Assembly (NCBI GenBank): GCA_021432655.1
Contig: MU271552.1
Coordinates: 1-45,359, forward strand
DNA: 45,359 nt
Reading direction: 5' to 3'
From: Atractiella rhizophila
Taxonomy: Eukaryota
Of this stretch, positions 1 through 11,271 are shown piece by piece. Under the pieces are notes generated by a model, which was given only the letters and a program-made list of their open reading frames with translations, made no database searches and was not told the DNA's origin. The stretch's first letter is position 1. Every line of letters starts with the position of its first letter. The position numbers were made by a program, and so were the translations under genes.

Positions 1-28
1 AATACTGTCGTCCACTCACCTGTCATAG

Positions 29-3000
29 TCTCATGTCGCCAAATTAGCTTTAAGATCAACGACAAAAACGGGGGTCTTCCAGATGAAGGGGTCATTCAAC
101 ATTTGATGCAGACACCTTATATTGATCCGATAACAAAGGAGAGAAGAGAACGAGAGAACGAGGTATTTAACGAGCACATTCCGCTGAAGTTACTGCAGTT
201 CGGGAAGGTGGATTTCAGTTGGAGGTTTTTGCCCGCACATGGAATGGAGACACAACATTTGTCGATTTTGTTCGACCCGATCAAGAAAGGCGTGTTAATC
301 CGTGACGGGCGCTCTAGTACGGAAGTTGCTTTCAAGAAGGCCAAAGTGCGCGGTATTCTCCTTGACGAGGCATGTTTGTTTGCAACAGCAAAAGTTCTTG
401 CTGAATGGTGGTTCAGGTAGATGGAAATGCTATTATATTGCTTGATGCACCACCAGCTTACTTTCAGCTACCAACCATTGCCGATCTGGCTCTGGAAACA
501 TTTTTCAGTCACCTAGATATCTCCACTCAGGCCAAACCATTACGAAAAAGACTGCCATGTCTGTCCGAGGCACATTCGAAGGCCGCAAGCTTGGCTAATC
601 TGAGTATTCTCATCTCTTTTGCAGATCAGGTTGCGTTGTCCTCCTTCTCACATCTTTGGAAGAAGTTTCAGTTGCCCAGGATCCAAGAGGAGCGAACTGT
701 GATAGGACCCGGACATCACTTTGCCTTGTCAGGAATACACTGTCTCAACACATGGTTGGGTCACCTTCCTCCCAAAACCGCGTTTCAGGTTGAACGGATG
801 TATCGAAACGGTTGGTTTACTCCTCTAGACGTTCTCGTGGACCAGAACTACATTGACTCCCTGCGAGAGAGAGTTGGGGAGTCAGTGGCTGCTGACATGA
901 TCGGCTCTATCCACCTCAGCATTGAGGATGAGGAGCCTCTTACAGGGGAAGCCGGGCAGACGCCTTTACAGAAACATCTGTCAGCCATCGAGAAGGGCCA
1001 ACGGGAGGTGAAGAAGAAGATGAAGTCGACGAACCCTAATAAAGAAGAAGGGATTTTCAAGTCGTATCACCTCTACGTGACACCCTCGGCTTTCACCATG
1101 GAGGGACCCCTGATTGACCAGTCTAACGACCTGTTGCGCAGATTTCCAAATTTTCATGACCATTTCCTTCGTGTTTCCTTCCGGGAAGAGGACCTTTCTT
1201 CCTTACGGTACGATAGAGACATTGACTATCCTGAGTTTGTTAAGGAATGCTTTCTCCCACGATTGCGAGAAGGAATCTTTGTGATGGGTCGAGTTTACCA
1301 ATTTCTCGGATACTCTTCCTCCGCTTTACGAGACCATGGAGTTTGGTTTGTCACTCCTTTCACAACTTCTGATGGGCATAGGCACGACGCATACACTATC
1401 CGAGCCTCCTTGGGAACCTTTACAGAGTGCATTAGGAAACCCGCCAAATATGGTGCTCGTCTAGCGCAGGTTTTTACAGCGACAGTGCCTACCATCAAGC
1501 TATCTTCCTCTCAGATATTCAAAACACTTCCAGATCGTTATGCTCCCGATGGTACACTTTTTACGGATGGGGTCGGAACCATGTCTCCCGCTTTAGCAGA
1601 AAAGATTCACTCACAACATCAAAAATTGAAGCGGCAGAAGAGGAGGGGCCAAATGCTGACCCCAAGCGTGTTCCAGTTTCGTTTGGGCGGAGCAAAAGGA
1701 GTGATGGTAGTGGATCCTCGCCTTAATGGCGAGTGTCTTTGCATCCGTCCCTCGCAGGAGAAGTTCGATGCTCCTGATGCCTTGGATTTCAATGTTGCCT
1801 CCTCTTCAACAAAACCAATGCCAATGTTTCTCAACAGGCCGCTTGTTCAGGTGCGTCCTTCTTAATCTACGAAAGGCTATTAAAATATTTTCGTTAGATG
1901 TTAGAACATCTGGGTGCCAGTTCTGCAGCCATCGAAGAGCTTCAAAGCCAAGCAGTCAGGGACATTTCTTCGATTTCAGAAAGTGTGGACCATGCAGCGG
2001 AGGTCTTCAAGAAGTTTGGAGTCGCGAACTCTTTCAGAGTTGCTTCTATTCTTCGAAACATGAAGAATTTGCTTCAGTTGGACTTAGGGTCAAATATTTC
2101 TGCAGGTCGAATCCAGGATCCATTTCTCCTCGAAGTCCTTCGCATCACTACCGCCGATATTCTACGAGAGCTGAAGCATCGCGCTCGAATCCCAGTTCCA
2201 GGCTCATACACGCTTCTCGGTGTAGCAGATGAATGGGAAGTCCTTAACGAAGGACAGATTTATGCTGCCGTCCGACATAGCTTTGAAGATACGGTGGAAC
2301 ACATTACTGGTGAAGTGGCAGTTACTAGGTCCCCAACTATGCATCCAGGAGACATACAGCTTGTCTGGGCAATCTCTCCATCTCAACTTCCCGTAGATTG
2401 TCCTTTGCTTAAACTTGAGAACTGTGTGGTTTTTGCCTGTCGCGGACCTCGCTCTCTACCTTCGTGTCTCGGTGGTGGTGATTTGGGTGAGTGTCTCTCA
2501 ATTCCGTTTTGTGGCTAACGAACTCTAGATGGAGATATCTACAATATCGTCGTGGATAAACGCCTCCAGCCGAAGATTAACAAAAATCCGGCATCCTATA
2601 CTCCTGTCCCACCTCTGACTTTGGAACAAGATAGCACCATAGACGACGTGGCGAATTTTGTGGTGAACTATATAGCGTCCGACATTCTTGGATTGATTTC
2701 CACTACCTCACTAGCTATAGCTGATCAGCATCCACTTGGTCCATCTTGCCCCGATTGCCTCGAACTCGCTGAGCGTCACTCACATGCTGTCGACTTCCCA
2801 AAGACGGGAGTGCCCGCCACCATGAACAAGCTCCCTCGAGTCGAAGCTCGCCCCGACTTCCTTCGACCAGAATACGTCGCTGAAAGGGACGATAGAGCTT
2901 ATTATGACTCCCCTAGGCTGCTTGGGAAATTGTTTAGGGCCATACCGGAACAAGATTTGAGGCCTCAGCCTGCGAAGAAGCAGAGGACGCTTCCAGAATC

Positions 3001-3564
3001 CTTCACATGCCGCTACGGTTACTCAGCATCTGATCCTATTTCAAAGGCTATGCTTCGATCCATGGGCAGCAGTTTAGTATATATGCACGACGGAGAGGTG
3101 GAAGAGGAAATGTTTGATATTTGGTCTCGATTTGCGCTAGATTTGAATGTCATTTGTCACGACAACACGCTTTCCAATCGCGGAAAGCCATTATCGGAAG
3201 AAGAAGCTTTTGTCGGAGCCATTATAGCGAGAATTCCAGATCGTCGCCTTCAGAAAGAGCATCTCTCTCTGCTGAAGGTCCAAACGGAAGAGCTGGCCCG
3301 CGAGATTCAACATGATATCGAGGGAGATGAAGGGAATTCAAATGAAGACTGCGTACACAGAGCGTGGTATGCCTGGATAATGTAGGTTGTTCCGATTTCA
3401 CTCCTCCAACTTTTCCATCCATATCCATGACGGCTTGTTGCAGGGCACGTCAGCTGGAAGAATTTGAAACATTCGACAATAAGGTTCTTTTTGGAGTGAA
3501 GAGTTTTGGCTATCTTGCATTAAATACATTCTTTGACAATCTGAAGGCATGGAGAGGGTTATGA
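29..3564 (+). CDS. RNA-dependent RNA polymerase of the RNAi pathway (QDE-1/SAD-1/RRP-3/Rdp1 family); 5' end lies upstream of the window
   Basis: Motifs YQFLGYSSSALRDHGVWF, PAKYGARLAQVFTAT, FTDGVGTMS, QFRLGGAKG and TRSPTMHPGD. The catalytic GGDLDGD is restored by removing intron 2487-2528. Other introns: ~346-416, 1851-1897, 3382-3443. Stop TGA 3562-3564. Confidence 0.95.
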
Positions 3565-3587
3565 GGTCACGAAGACGTCTGTATTAC

Positions 3588-5186
3588 CTACTTCTTGGCG
3601 TCAAAAACCCTCCTCTCTACAAGTACACTACCATCTGTTTCGCAAAAGACTTGCTTGATTCGCGAAGAAATAGCTGGCCCAAGCTTTCGCCCTCTGTGAG
3701 TTCCGTCCCTGTTCTGATCGACAATGATATCTGCCAGCATCAACTCCTTCTCCTTTTCGGTAGCACATCTGTCATAGCCTTCCATGAGGAGACGAAGCGT
3801 GCTGTACTCCGAGGACGCGATGCTATCTGCCACGCCTAGAAGAGATAGATCGGTAACTGGCAGTAATGAATCTTTGGTGAAAGCTCACTGTCCGTCAGTC
3901 CTTTGCCAATCGAAGACAGCATGGACTTGTAGATAGTCAGGTTATCCTTTCCTCCTTTCTTCTGGTCATCAGCAAAGCCCTGCATCAGACTACTCCAGCT
4001 CTTTTCCACCGTTCTTTGCGGACAATTCAGCATTTCTTGAGGTGAGGCAATGAAGTGACAAACCGGTAAGGTCTGTGTGCCAGGTCTCTTGATAGCTCTA
4101 CGATCCATCGTACGGCTTCAATCTCCCCTTCTGTCCTGATGACATGAATCCCTCGTCCTTGCAGCTTCATAAGACCTTTTTCAATCTCTCGTGGTCGGAC
4201 TCCTTCGATTTTTCCTGCGTTCCTCCTTTCCCGCGTCTCGAAACGCTTCTTCCACTCCCCAAAATCGAGCACGAAAAGATAAACTTCTGTTCCGGGAAGA
4301 ATAGTGGCGATACTGTTGAGTTCCACGACGAGCGTCCCGTTCGAGACTTTGGAAGCGAGGTCTTCTGCGTGCAGAAAACGAACGATGAGAGTCTCTTCGC
4401 GTTCTTCGGTAGATGGGAGAGGGACAAAACAGCGTTTAGACGCGTCCCAGAGCTTAGAGACGCGGCGGATGAAAGACAAACAATGGGAGGCACAGTGCCA
4501 TTCGTGATCCACACATCTTATATTACTCGGCGAAGGGAGACTTTGTTCGATCTCAGGAAGAAGCGTAGAGAACGGACTGCTTGGTCGAAGTAGCGAAGGA
4601 GGGACGACGAGAATAATCTCTTCGAGCGCAGTTTTTCGATCCACTTTTTGATTCGCTTCCCGAAGACGACGGGAATTCTCAAGGGCAAAGCGTATCAAAT
4701 TCAAATAGGTAATAGAATGTAAAAGACATACCTCCTTCTCCAACGCCTTGAGAGCCTTGATTCGTTCCTTCTCCAGCTTCTTCTCCGTCCTCTCGCGCTC
4801 TAATGCCGCCTTCTTAGTTTCTTTCGCATTTGTCGTTTTTCGCTTTTTTGCGGGAGGAGACGCTTCCTTTTCAGTTTCTGATTCAGAAACTTCTCCCGGA
4901 CGTGGACGTGTGTGTTCGATAGGTCGTTTTATATTTACTAAAGACGCGCTTTTTACCTGCATAACATTAACCAAGGATGACCCTGTCTGTAGCAAACTGC
5001 ACTGCATACCGGCTTCTGCAGCGCGAGGGCGAAGTTGGCGCTTCCGATGTCTTCGAGATCTGAGTCTGAATCGATCTCCAACGCCTTGGGAGCTTCTGGC
5101 TGTAGTTGAGATGAATGCTGGGGACCGGCTTGCTGGATTTGTTGGCGGGGCGAGGTTGGGGGCGTGTCGAGATCGATCGTTTGCAT
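3588..5186 (-). CDS. EME1: Crossover-junction endonuclease non-catalytic subunit, EME1/MMS4-like (degenerate ERCC4 domain plus C-terminal HhH-like region)
   Basis: Lys/Glu-rich coiled region leading to REANQKVDRKTALEEIILVV; WDASKRCFVP; IEKGLMKLQ...HVIRTE...WIVELSRDLAHRPY; C-terminal ADSIASSEYSTLRLLMEGY and RKLGPAISSRIKQVF. Several short introns; start at 5186 is inferred. Confidence 0.8.
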
Positions 5187-5243
5187 GGTATTGGAAACTC
5201 AATCACTAGGTGGTTGCACCTTTGCAGAGGTAAACTTGAGTAG

Positions 5244-6288
5244 AATGCTTAACGGGATGCAAGAGCAGTCTTGAGTGGTCGAGATCATGTGACCACGTAA
5301 TCACTTGCGTCGGAATGCGGCCGCATGTCAAACAAATTTGAACGACACGACCTCACCACCTTACCTTGCCTTTAAAGCTTCATTGCACCACATTCACAGT
5401 TTCCTTCGTCCATTTCCTGCTCTCCTCTTCCTCACCAGCAATGTCGGAGCTTATGAAATCTTTTGATGAAACAACCAAGGTACTTCCACTCCAGCTCAAC
5501 ATGCAAGAAACCGCGCTGACCTTGGGTTTACAGCGCCAGCTTGAGGAATTTGTAGAGCGCGAAACTGCTCGGGGAAAACTAGTATGTCCTGCCGTTGTAA
5601 ACTTGGGTTGTTCAACAAACATTGGCAACACAGCAAGCTCAAATTCGAGAGTTTACCTCTCTATGCTGGGACAAGTAGGGATGTTCCCAATACCACGTTC
5701 AAATCTGATGAGTCGAGCTAGGTGCATTACTGGAACGCCAGGCAATCGGTTTGGGCGTGGAGAGGAGACTTGCTTAGCCAATTGTGTGGACAGGTTCTTG
5801 GATAGCTCGTTACATATTATGAAGCGGGTGGAGGAGAGTCATAAATCTCAACCCGGCACTCATTGAATGCAAGGTGCGACTCACATTTATGTCATTAGGG
5901 TATATCGTCTTCCTACTCTTTGGGCTGCTGGCTACGTACGGCATGTTAATCAACCTCTGTGCAAATTGCATTCACAAGTCGTTGCGCACGATAGAGAACT
6001 TATCTATCAAAGAAAACTGAATCCTCACAATACCAGTGAAAAAGGGTTATTCATGGCCTACAGAGAACGTTCGACGGCGCTTATTTGCCTGGTCCTGCCT
6101 GTGTTTCTCATTTATGTATACTCTATAGCAGTAAGACAGGACTACTCAGTACAAGCTAACCGGACGTCTTGTGTGCCAATTTGGAGCCGTGGGCTCTTTG
6201 GTGGTTTGACCTGTGTTCCTAAATAACTGGGATTTGCATGATTTCCACAACTAGTAACAACTAGAATGTGGAAGTTTCCTGCACTGGC
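5244..6288. repeat. Tandem duplication 1, copy 1 (~1.05 kb; TIM8 gene with promoter and 3' flank)
   Basis: Begins AATGCTTAACGGGATGC and ends CCTGCACTGGC; the same sequence restarts at 6289. Confidence 0.95.
5441..5866 (+). CDS. TIM8: Mitochondrial intermembrane-space small Tim chaperone Tim8, copy 1 (90 aa)
   Basis: Exons 5441-5479, 5534-5581, 5634-5674 and 5722-5866 give MSELMKSFDETTKRQLEEFVERETARGKLQAQIREFTSLCWDKCITGTPGNRFGRGEETCLANCVDRFLDSSLHIMKRV..., with the twin CX3C motif (CWDKC, CLANC). Confidence 0.93.
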   Translation: MSELMKSFDETTKVLPLQLNMQETALTLGLQRQLEEFVERETARGKLVCPAVVNLGCSTNIGNTASSNSRVYLSMLGQVGMFPIPRSNLMSRARCITGTPGNRFGRGEETCLANCVDRFLDSSLHIMKRVEESHKSQPGTH

Positions 6289-7351
6289 AATGCTTAACGG
6301 GATGCAAGAGCAGTCTTGAGTGGTCGAGATCATGTGACTACGCAATCACTGCGTTGGAATGCGGCAGCATGTCAAACAAATTTGGACGACACGACATTAC
6401 CTTGCCTTTAAAGCTTCATTGCACCCACATTCACAGTTTCCCTCGTCCATTTCCTGCTCTCCTCTTCCTCACCAACAATGTCGGAACTTATGAAATCGTT
6501 TGATGAAACAACCAAGGTACTTCCATTCCAGCTCAACAGGCAAGAAGCTACGCTTACCTTAGGCATACAGCGCCAGCTTGAGGAATTTGTTGAGCGCGAA
6601 ACTGCTCGGGGAAAACTAGTATGTCTTGCCGTTGTAAACTTGGGTTGTTCAACGAACATTGGCGACGCAGCAAGCTCAAATTCGAGAGTTTACCTCTCTC
6701 TGCTGGGACAAGTATGGATGTTCCCAATACCACGTTCAAATCTGATGAGTTGAACTAGGTGCATTACTGGAACGCCAGGTAATCGTTTTGGGCGTGGAGA
6801 GGAGACTTGCTTGGCCAATTGCGTGGACAGGTTCTTGGATAGCTCGTTACATATTATGAAGCGGGTGGAGGAGAGTCATAAATCTCAGCCCGGAACTCAT
6901 TGAATGCAAGGTGCGACTCACATTTATGTCATTAGGGTATATCGTCTTCCTACTCTTTGGGCTGCTGGCTATGTACGGCACGTTAATCAACCTCTATGCG
7001 TTGCATTCACAAGTCGTCGAGCATGACAGAGAACTTATCTCTCAATGAAAACTGAATCCGTACAGGACCAGTGGGAGAATTTATAAGGGCTATTCATGAC
7101 CTGCAGAGATTGACCTTCGACGGCGCTTGTTGCCAGGATGCGAAGAGGCCGTGCCTCTCTTTCTCATTGATTTATACTCTGTAGTAGTAAGACAAGACTA
7201 CTCAGCACAAGCTAACTGGGGGTTTTGTGTGGCAATTTGGAGCCAGGGGCTCTTTGGTTGAAGCAGCTTTGACCTGTGGTCCTAAATAACTGGGACTTGC
7301 ATAGTTTCCACAACCAGTAACAACTAGAATGTGAAAGTTTCCTGCACTGGC
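6289..7351. repeat. Tandem duplication 1, copy 2 (~1.06 kb)
   Basis: Colinear with 5244-6288, with scattered substitutions and small indels in non-coding parts; ends CCTGCACTGGC at 7351. Confidence 0.95.
6478..6903 (+). CDS. TIM8: Tim8, copy 2 (protein identical to copy 1)
   Basis: Same four-exon structure with intact splice sites; TGA 6901-6903. Confidence 0.92.
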
Positions 7352-8858
7352 GTTTTCATGAAGTGAAGCAAATCCGCTCCATTACCTTACCATCAATCGA
7401 GAAAAGATTCGCCTTATTTTCCTTTCTCTATTTTGAAACCAATTGTCAAGCAAATGTGCACAATGAGACTACTCTGATGAATTTCGTCATCTCCCAAACG
7501 TGTTGAAGGTTGGGCCTTATTGTCAAAAATGACGAAGAGCGAAAGTCGTTGGACCAACAGTCAGGTGAGTCGAGGAGCGAAATTAAGGAGTTTGAGGGGT
7601 TATACTGTGTTCAAGAAGGATTGACTTAAAACCACGTGGTTGCGAACTGCTTCAAAGTTGCTTGCCACTGATGATTTGTTCAGCTCTAAAATGCGTTGTC
7701 GCAAATGCGGGGAGAACGAATGCAAGTCGACCTTCTGTCAACCAATGAATCGATCCCCTCCCTGCATCATGCATTATGGATTGCTCTTTCGTTAAAAGAC
7801 TGGCGACGATCTTGCCGTCTGCTGCGAGCCGTGCATTTTTGATGCTCCTTCGTCGAAGCTTGGTTTCGTGAATCTCGGTTAAGCGTTTCATGCTTTTGCA
7901 AATGCAGAAGAAAAGAACAAGAACGACCATTACTAGGCTAATTCTCATACGTTTTATCCATAATTTCCCACTTCCTAACGAGCTCCTAACATACTAGCCT
8001 TTAATCTTCGAGCAAAGCAGACTTGCAGAATGCTACAGGATCGACGATTTTCTAGCACATCTTGCGAACGAACGGTGGTACACGGTGGGAAATCGGTTTG
8101 GGAGGACCCGACTTATTTTATATGAGTTCTGGATTGCTTTTGTGCACGAACGTATCCTCTTTAATACTCTTGACGCCATCACTGACCTAAAGCTAGTCTT
8201 GCGTGCTATCACTGTCGTGCTATTGGTTCGTGGATTGCACGATGTTTAAGCGACTCAACGCAGCAGCAAAAGGATAATTCAAAAACTGTGTTGTCCCAGT
8301 TTGCCTCAATTTTCCCTTTGGAGATGCTTCACTACAGTTGCTCTTTTGAGATTGCAGCAGTGAAACCCTCCTGCAGCCGTATGTAGTACTTGACAGGGCT
8401 TACAGTGACAGGGATCCTTCAACACGTCCGGAATCAGCAACCTGAGGAGCACAACCCAACGGAAGCCTTGTCTAACAGCAGAGGATGAAAAAACACCAGC
8501 ACTAACTGTCGAGCTTTTGTGCATAGTAAAATTAATAATAAACTGACGACAGCCAATTCAAGATGCGTATTAACAGTAGGAAATTTTGCCATTATTTGTG
8601 CGATGTAACATCGTAGTAAAGTCAAGCTTTATGGGATGTACTTGCTCATTTACCAAAGCTCAAGTCGCAAATTACTAGGTTTCACAGAGCTACTTGTGTA
8701 ACTACTACAGCTAGCCCTGGCTAGCTTGGGGAATTTACCAGCCAAGAAATTGTAATGTTTCAATGCCGGATCCGATACCTTAACCTTATAGATTCCTTGT
8801 GTTGACTGGAGAACCTAAACACTTACCTCGTCCCTTCGATTATCAATTTGGCGCTTAA

Positions 8859-11067
8859 ATGTCTCTCAACGCACGCAACGGCCCATTTACTTTTGCCGTG
8901 CGAAATTTAGGGAGGACAGAGCGTGAAGTCAGACCTGACAATCCCGGATTTGAGGACACACCGCTAGAGCAATCTGGAATTGACGATTCACCTCTGTTTC
9001 CACAGAAGAATAATAAGAAGAATGTCGCCACTGTTGGGAATGTTACTATGGGTGGAGGGCGGGCGAAACGAGTGAAAAACGTAAAGATCAGGTTCGTTTA
9101 TCCGTTTTATATTCTTAACTCGGTGCAAGTGAGAAGTGATGCTTGAAGATAATACATTATGAGACTGTATGAAGTTGAACGTTCTTTTGGTGACGTTCTG
9201 AAATGGATTTATTCCCATCCGCCTCAGGAAAGGTCCAATATGTTTTTACTCACAAAGAGGGGACGTATGTCCGAGCGTTCAGTTTTTCGTCCTTTGACAC
9301 AGGTATATTCTTCAGAGAATACATCTGATACTAAAGGGTGCTAGTGGTAGTCCGGCAAAGACAGGGAAATCGATGACTCGTGGGGCGACAGATGCAGCTG
9401 CTCCACCAGTTTCTCCGGTAAGATTCTTGCTTTCTACATCGGCGAAGCAACGATTTATCCCTGCCCAGAACGATGAAGTTTGTCACGCTTGTGGGGAAAG
9501 CGGCAAGCTCATTTGCTGTGATAATTGTCCGAAATCGTACCACTTCAATTGCGTGGATCCACCCATCGAGTCGGTGGATGATCAAACCGGGGACTGGTAT
9601 TGTAACCCATGTAGAGTCAAAATTGTTCGCTCGTAGCTCTTCCCTTCGACACCATGTCTCATCACGCTGATTAGGACGGCTACGTTGATCCTGACCAAGG
9701 TGGAGAATATTTTCGCCCACTTCTGTTGGACTTGCAGAGCCGCAATCCATCTATCTTTCGACTACCCCTCGAAACGATCAGTTCCTTCAATGATAGTAAG
9801 TGATCTGGAGCCCTGAAGAATTTCCTTACATCTCAAACCAGTTCAATCATCTGCCCGAGGTACCTTTCTCGACAGCCGCACAATTCGTCCTGCCAAACTG
9901 TAAGAGCTCGCTTTCTGCCTTTCACAACCATTCATCTTTTCCAGAAACCGTGGATGGACGGAAACGAATCGCGAACCTTATAAAGTGAAGGATAAGAATG
10001 GACGGTTAGCGGTGTGCTATCATTGTCGTCTACCAGGGGACGCTACCGAGCGGAAGCAAGTGGTCCAATGCGATTTCTGCGACCAAGTCTGGCATCTAGA
10101 TTGTCTTACCCCACCATTGGTTGAAATTCCATCAGTCAAGAAGAAGTGGATGTGTCCTTTGCACGTCGAACATGACCAGGTTTGTTTCCAATGGAGTAGT
10201 CATTAATTTTGGCTCACGGTGACACACCCACAGCCAACGTCTCGTTGGGCTAAAACACCTAGTGAATTCAGGACCATCACAGAACCAGGTCAACCAAACA
10301 ACGGTCGAATAGAGGTGATCATGCAGCGGTCTACACAAGCCACCGATGATCCAATGCGACGTGTGAAGTACCAAATTCCAGAAGAAACCATCATTATCGA
10401 CTTTTTGAACAAGACCGCTCCTTTCCGCAAACGAAGGTGGGTGAAATATTTACCTGTGGTTCAAATTCAAACCAAACATCAGGATGTCTGACCTCGAGCG
10501 TAATGTGACTGAAGAAGCTGAAAGGCGTGCGGGACGGACAGTTGTACTTCCACAAGAAGATGATAGCGCTCAAATCTCTTCTGTTCTTGACAGCTCGGTT
10601 CAGTGTTTCCCTTTTGCCTCTGCATACAACTCACGGAACCGCAGAAGGAACATAATGCTACAGGATTTCTCCCGCCAGGACAGAGCCTGGTGCCAAGGAT
10701 TGATGCTTCCAACCTGCGTACTCTTGCAGTGGCTGCTGATTTGTATCGCCTTCGTGACATCCCTTCTCCTGAGGAAGTCGCCGTGAATGGGTCCCTCCAA
10801 GGTACACCTGGCACAGACGCGATGGATGTTGATCAGCCACCCCCTGCTTCCCCAGCCTCCACAGCTGTCGATTCCTCCAATACGTCACCATCAGTCCCTG
10901 CTGTCGAATGTCAATCTCGGGAGGAGATGCTGGCGCTCCTGGCGGTTAGGCGAATGGTGGATAGAAATCGGTTAGCCGGAACATCAAATCTTCAATCTAT
11001 TTTGCATTTCCTTCAAGACCAGAACCCGCCTATTCCTCACGTCCATCGGAAAGGGAGCGTTGACTAA
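8859..11067 (+). CDS. Double-PHD-finger chromatin protein, Rco1/Cph1-Cph2/PHF12-like (Rpd3S/Clr6S histone deacetylase complex subunit)
   Basis: PHD1: NDEVCHACGESGKLICCDNCPKSYHFNCVDPP...WYCNPC. Following exon FRPLLLDLQSRNPSIFRLP. PHD2: CYHC...VQCDFCDQVWHLDCLTPPL...KKWMCPLH. Then NNGRIEV and YQIPEETIIIDF. Exon 1 (8859-9091) joins in frame via a 253-nt intron (9092-9344); this 5' exon is less certain. Confidence 0.85.
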
Positions 11068-11271
11068 CTTTTCTTGTTTCAATCTTCGTTTTTCTATCAT
11101 TATAAGCACGATGCCAGCCCTGAGCTTGCTCGCGCTGTTTGTGTCTCATTTGTACACCTCAGTGTTCCACTGTCGTTTGCATAGTGTTTGCAGTTGCATT
11201 ATGTGCTACGGGTGTAGAGGGTGTTTTGATTACAGCAAAGGGTACCAATACTAATACAAATGATGTCAAGA

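Noticed and set aside
7467..7547. Hammerhead-like arrangement: GACTA..CTGATGA, stem TTCGTCAT/ATGACGAA, then GAAAGTC
   Set aside because: Only 2 nt lie between the putative cleavage triplet and CUGAUGA, so stem I cannot form, and the base of stem II is mismatched. At most an ordinary hairpin.
7352..8850. Short ORFs (98, 72 and 63 aa, one Cys/His-rich) and the palindrome AGCTAGCC-CT-GGCTAGCT near 8710 as a Helitron or other TE remnant
   Set aside because: No transposase, Rep or RT motifs, no correctly spaced CTRR end, and no TIR/TSD pair found.
1..11067. RdRP, EME1 and the PHD protein as a genome-defence gene cluster
   Set aside because: Interrupted by TIM8, no Argonaute or Dicer nearby, and no evidence of conserved linkage; only the 23-bp convergence was kept as a finding.
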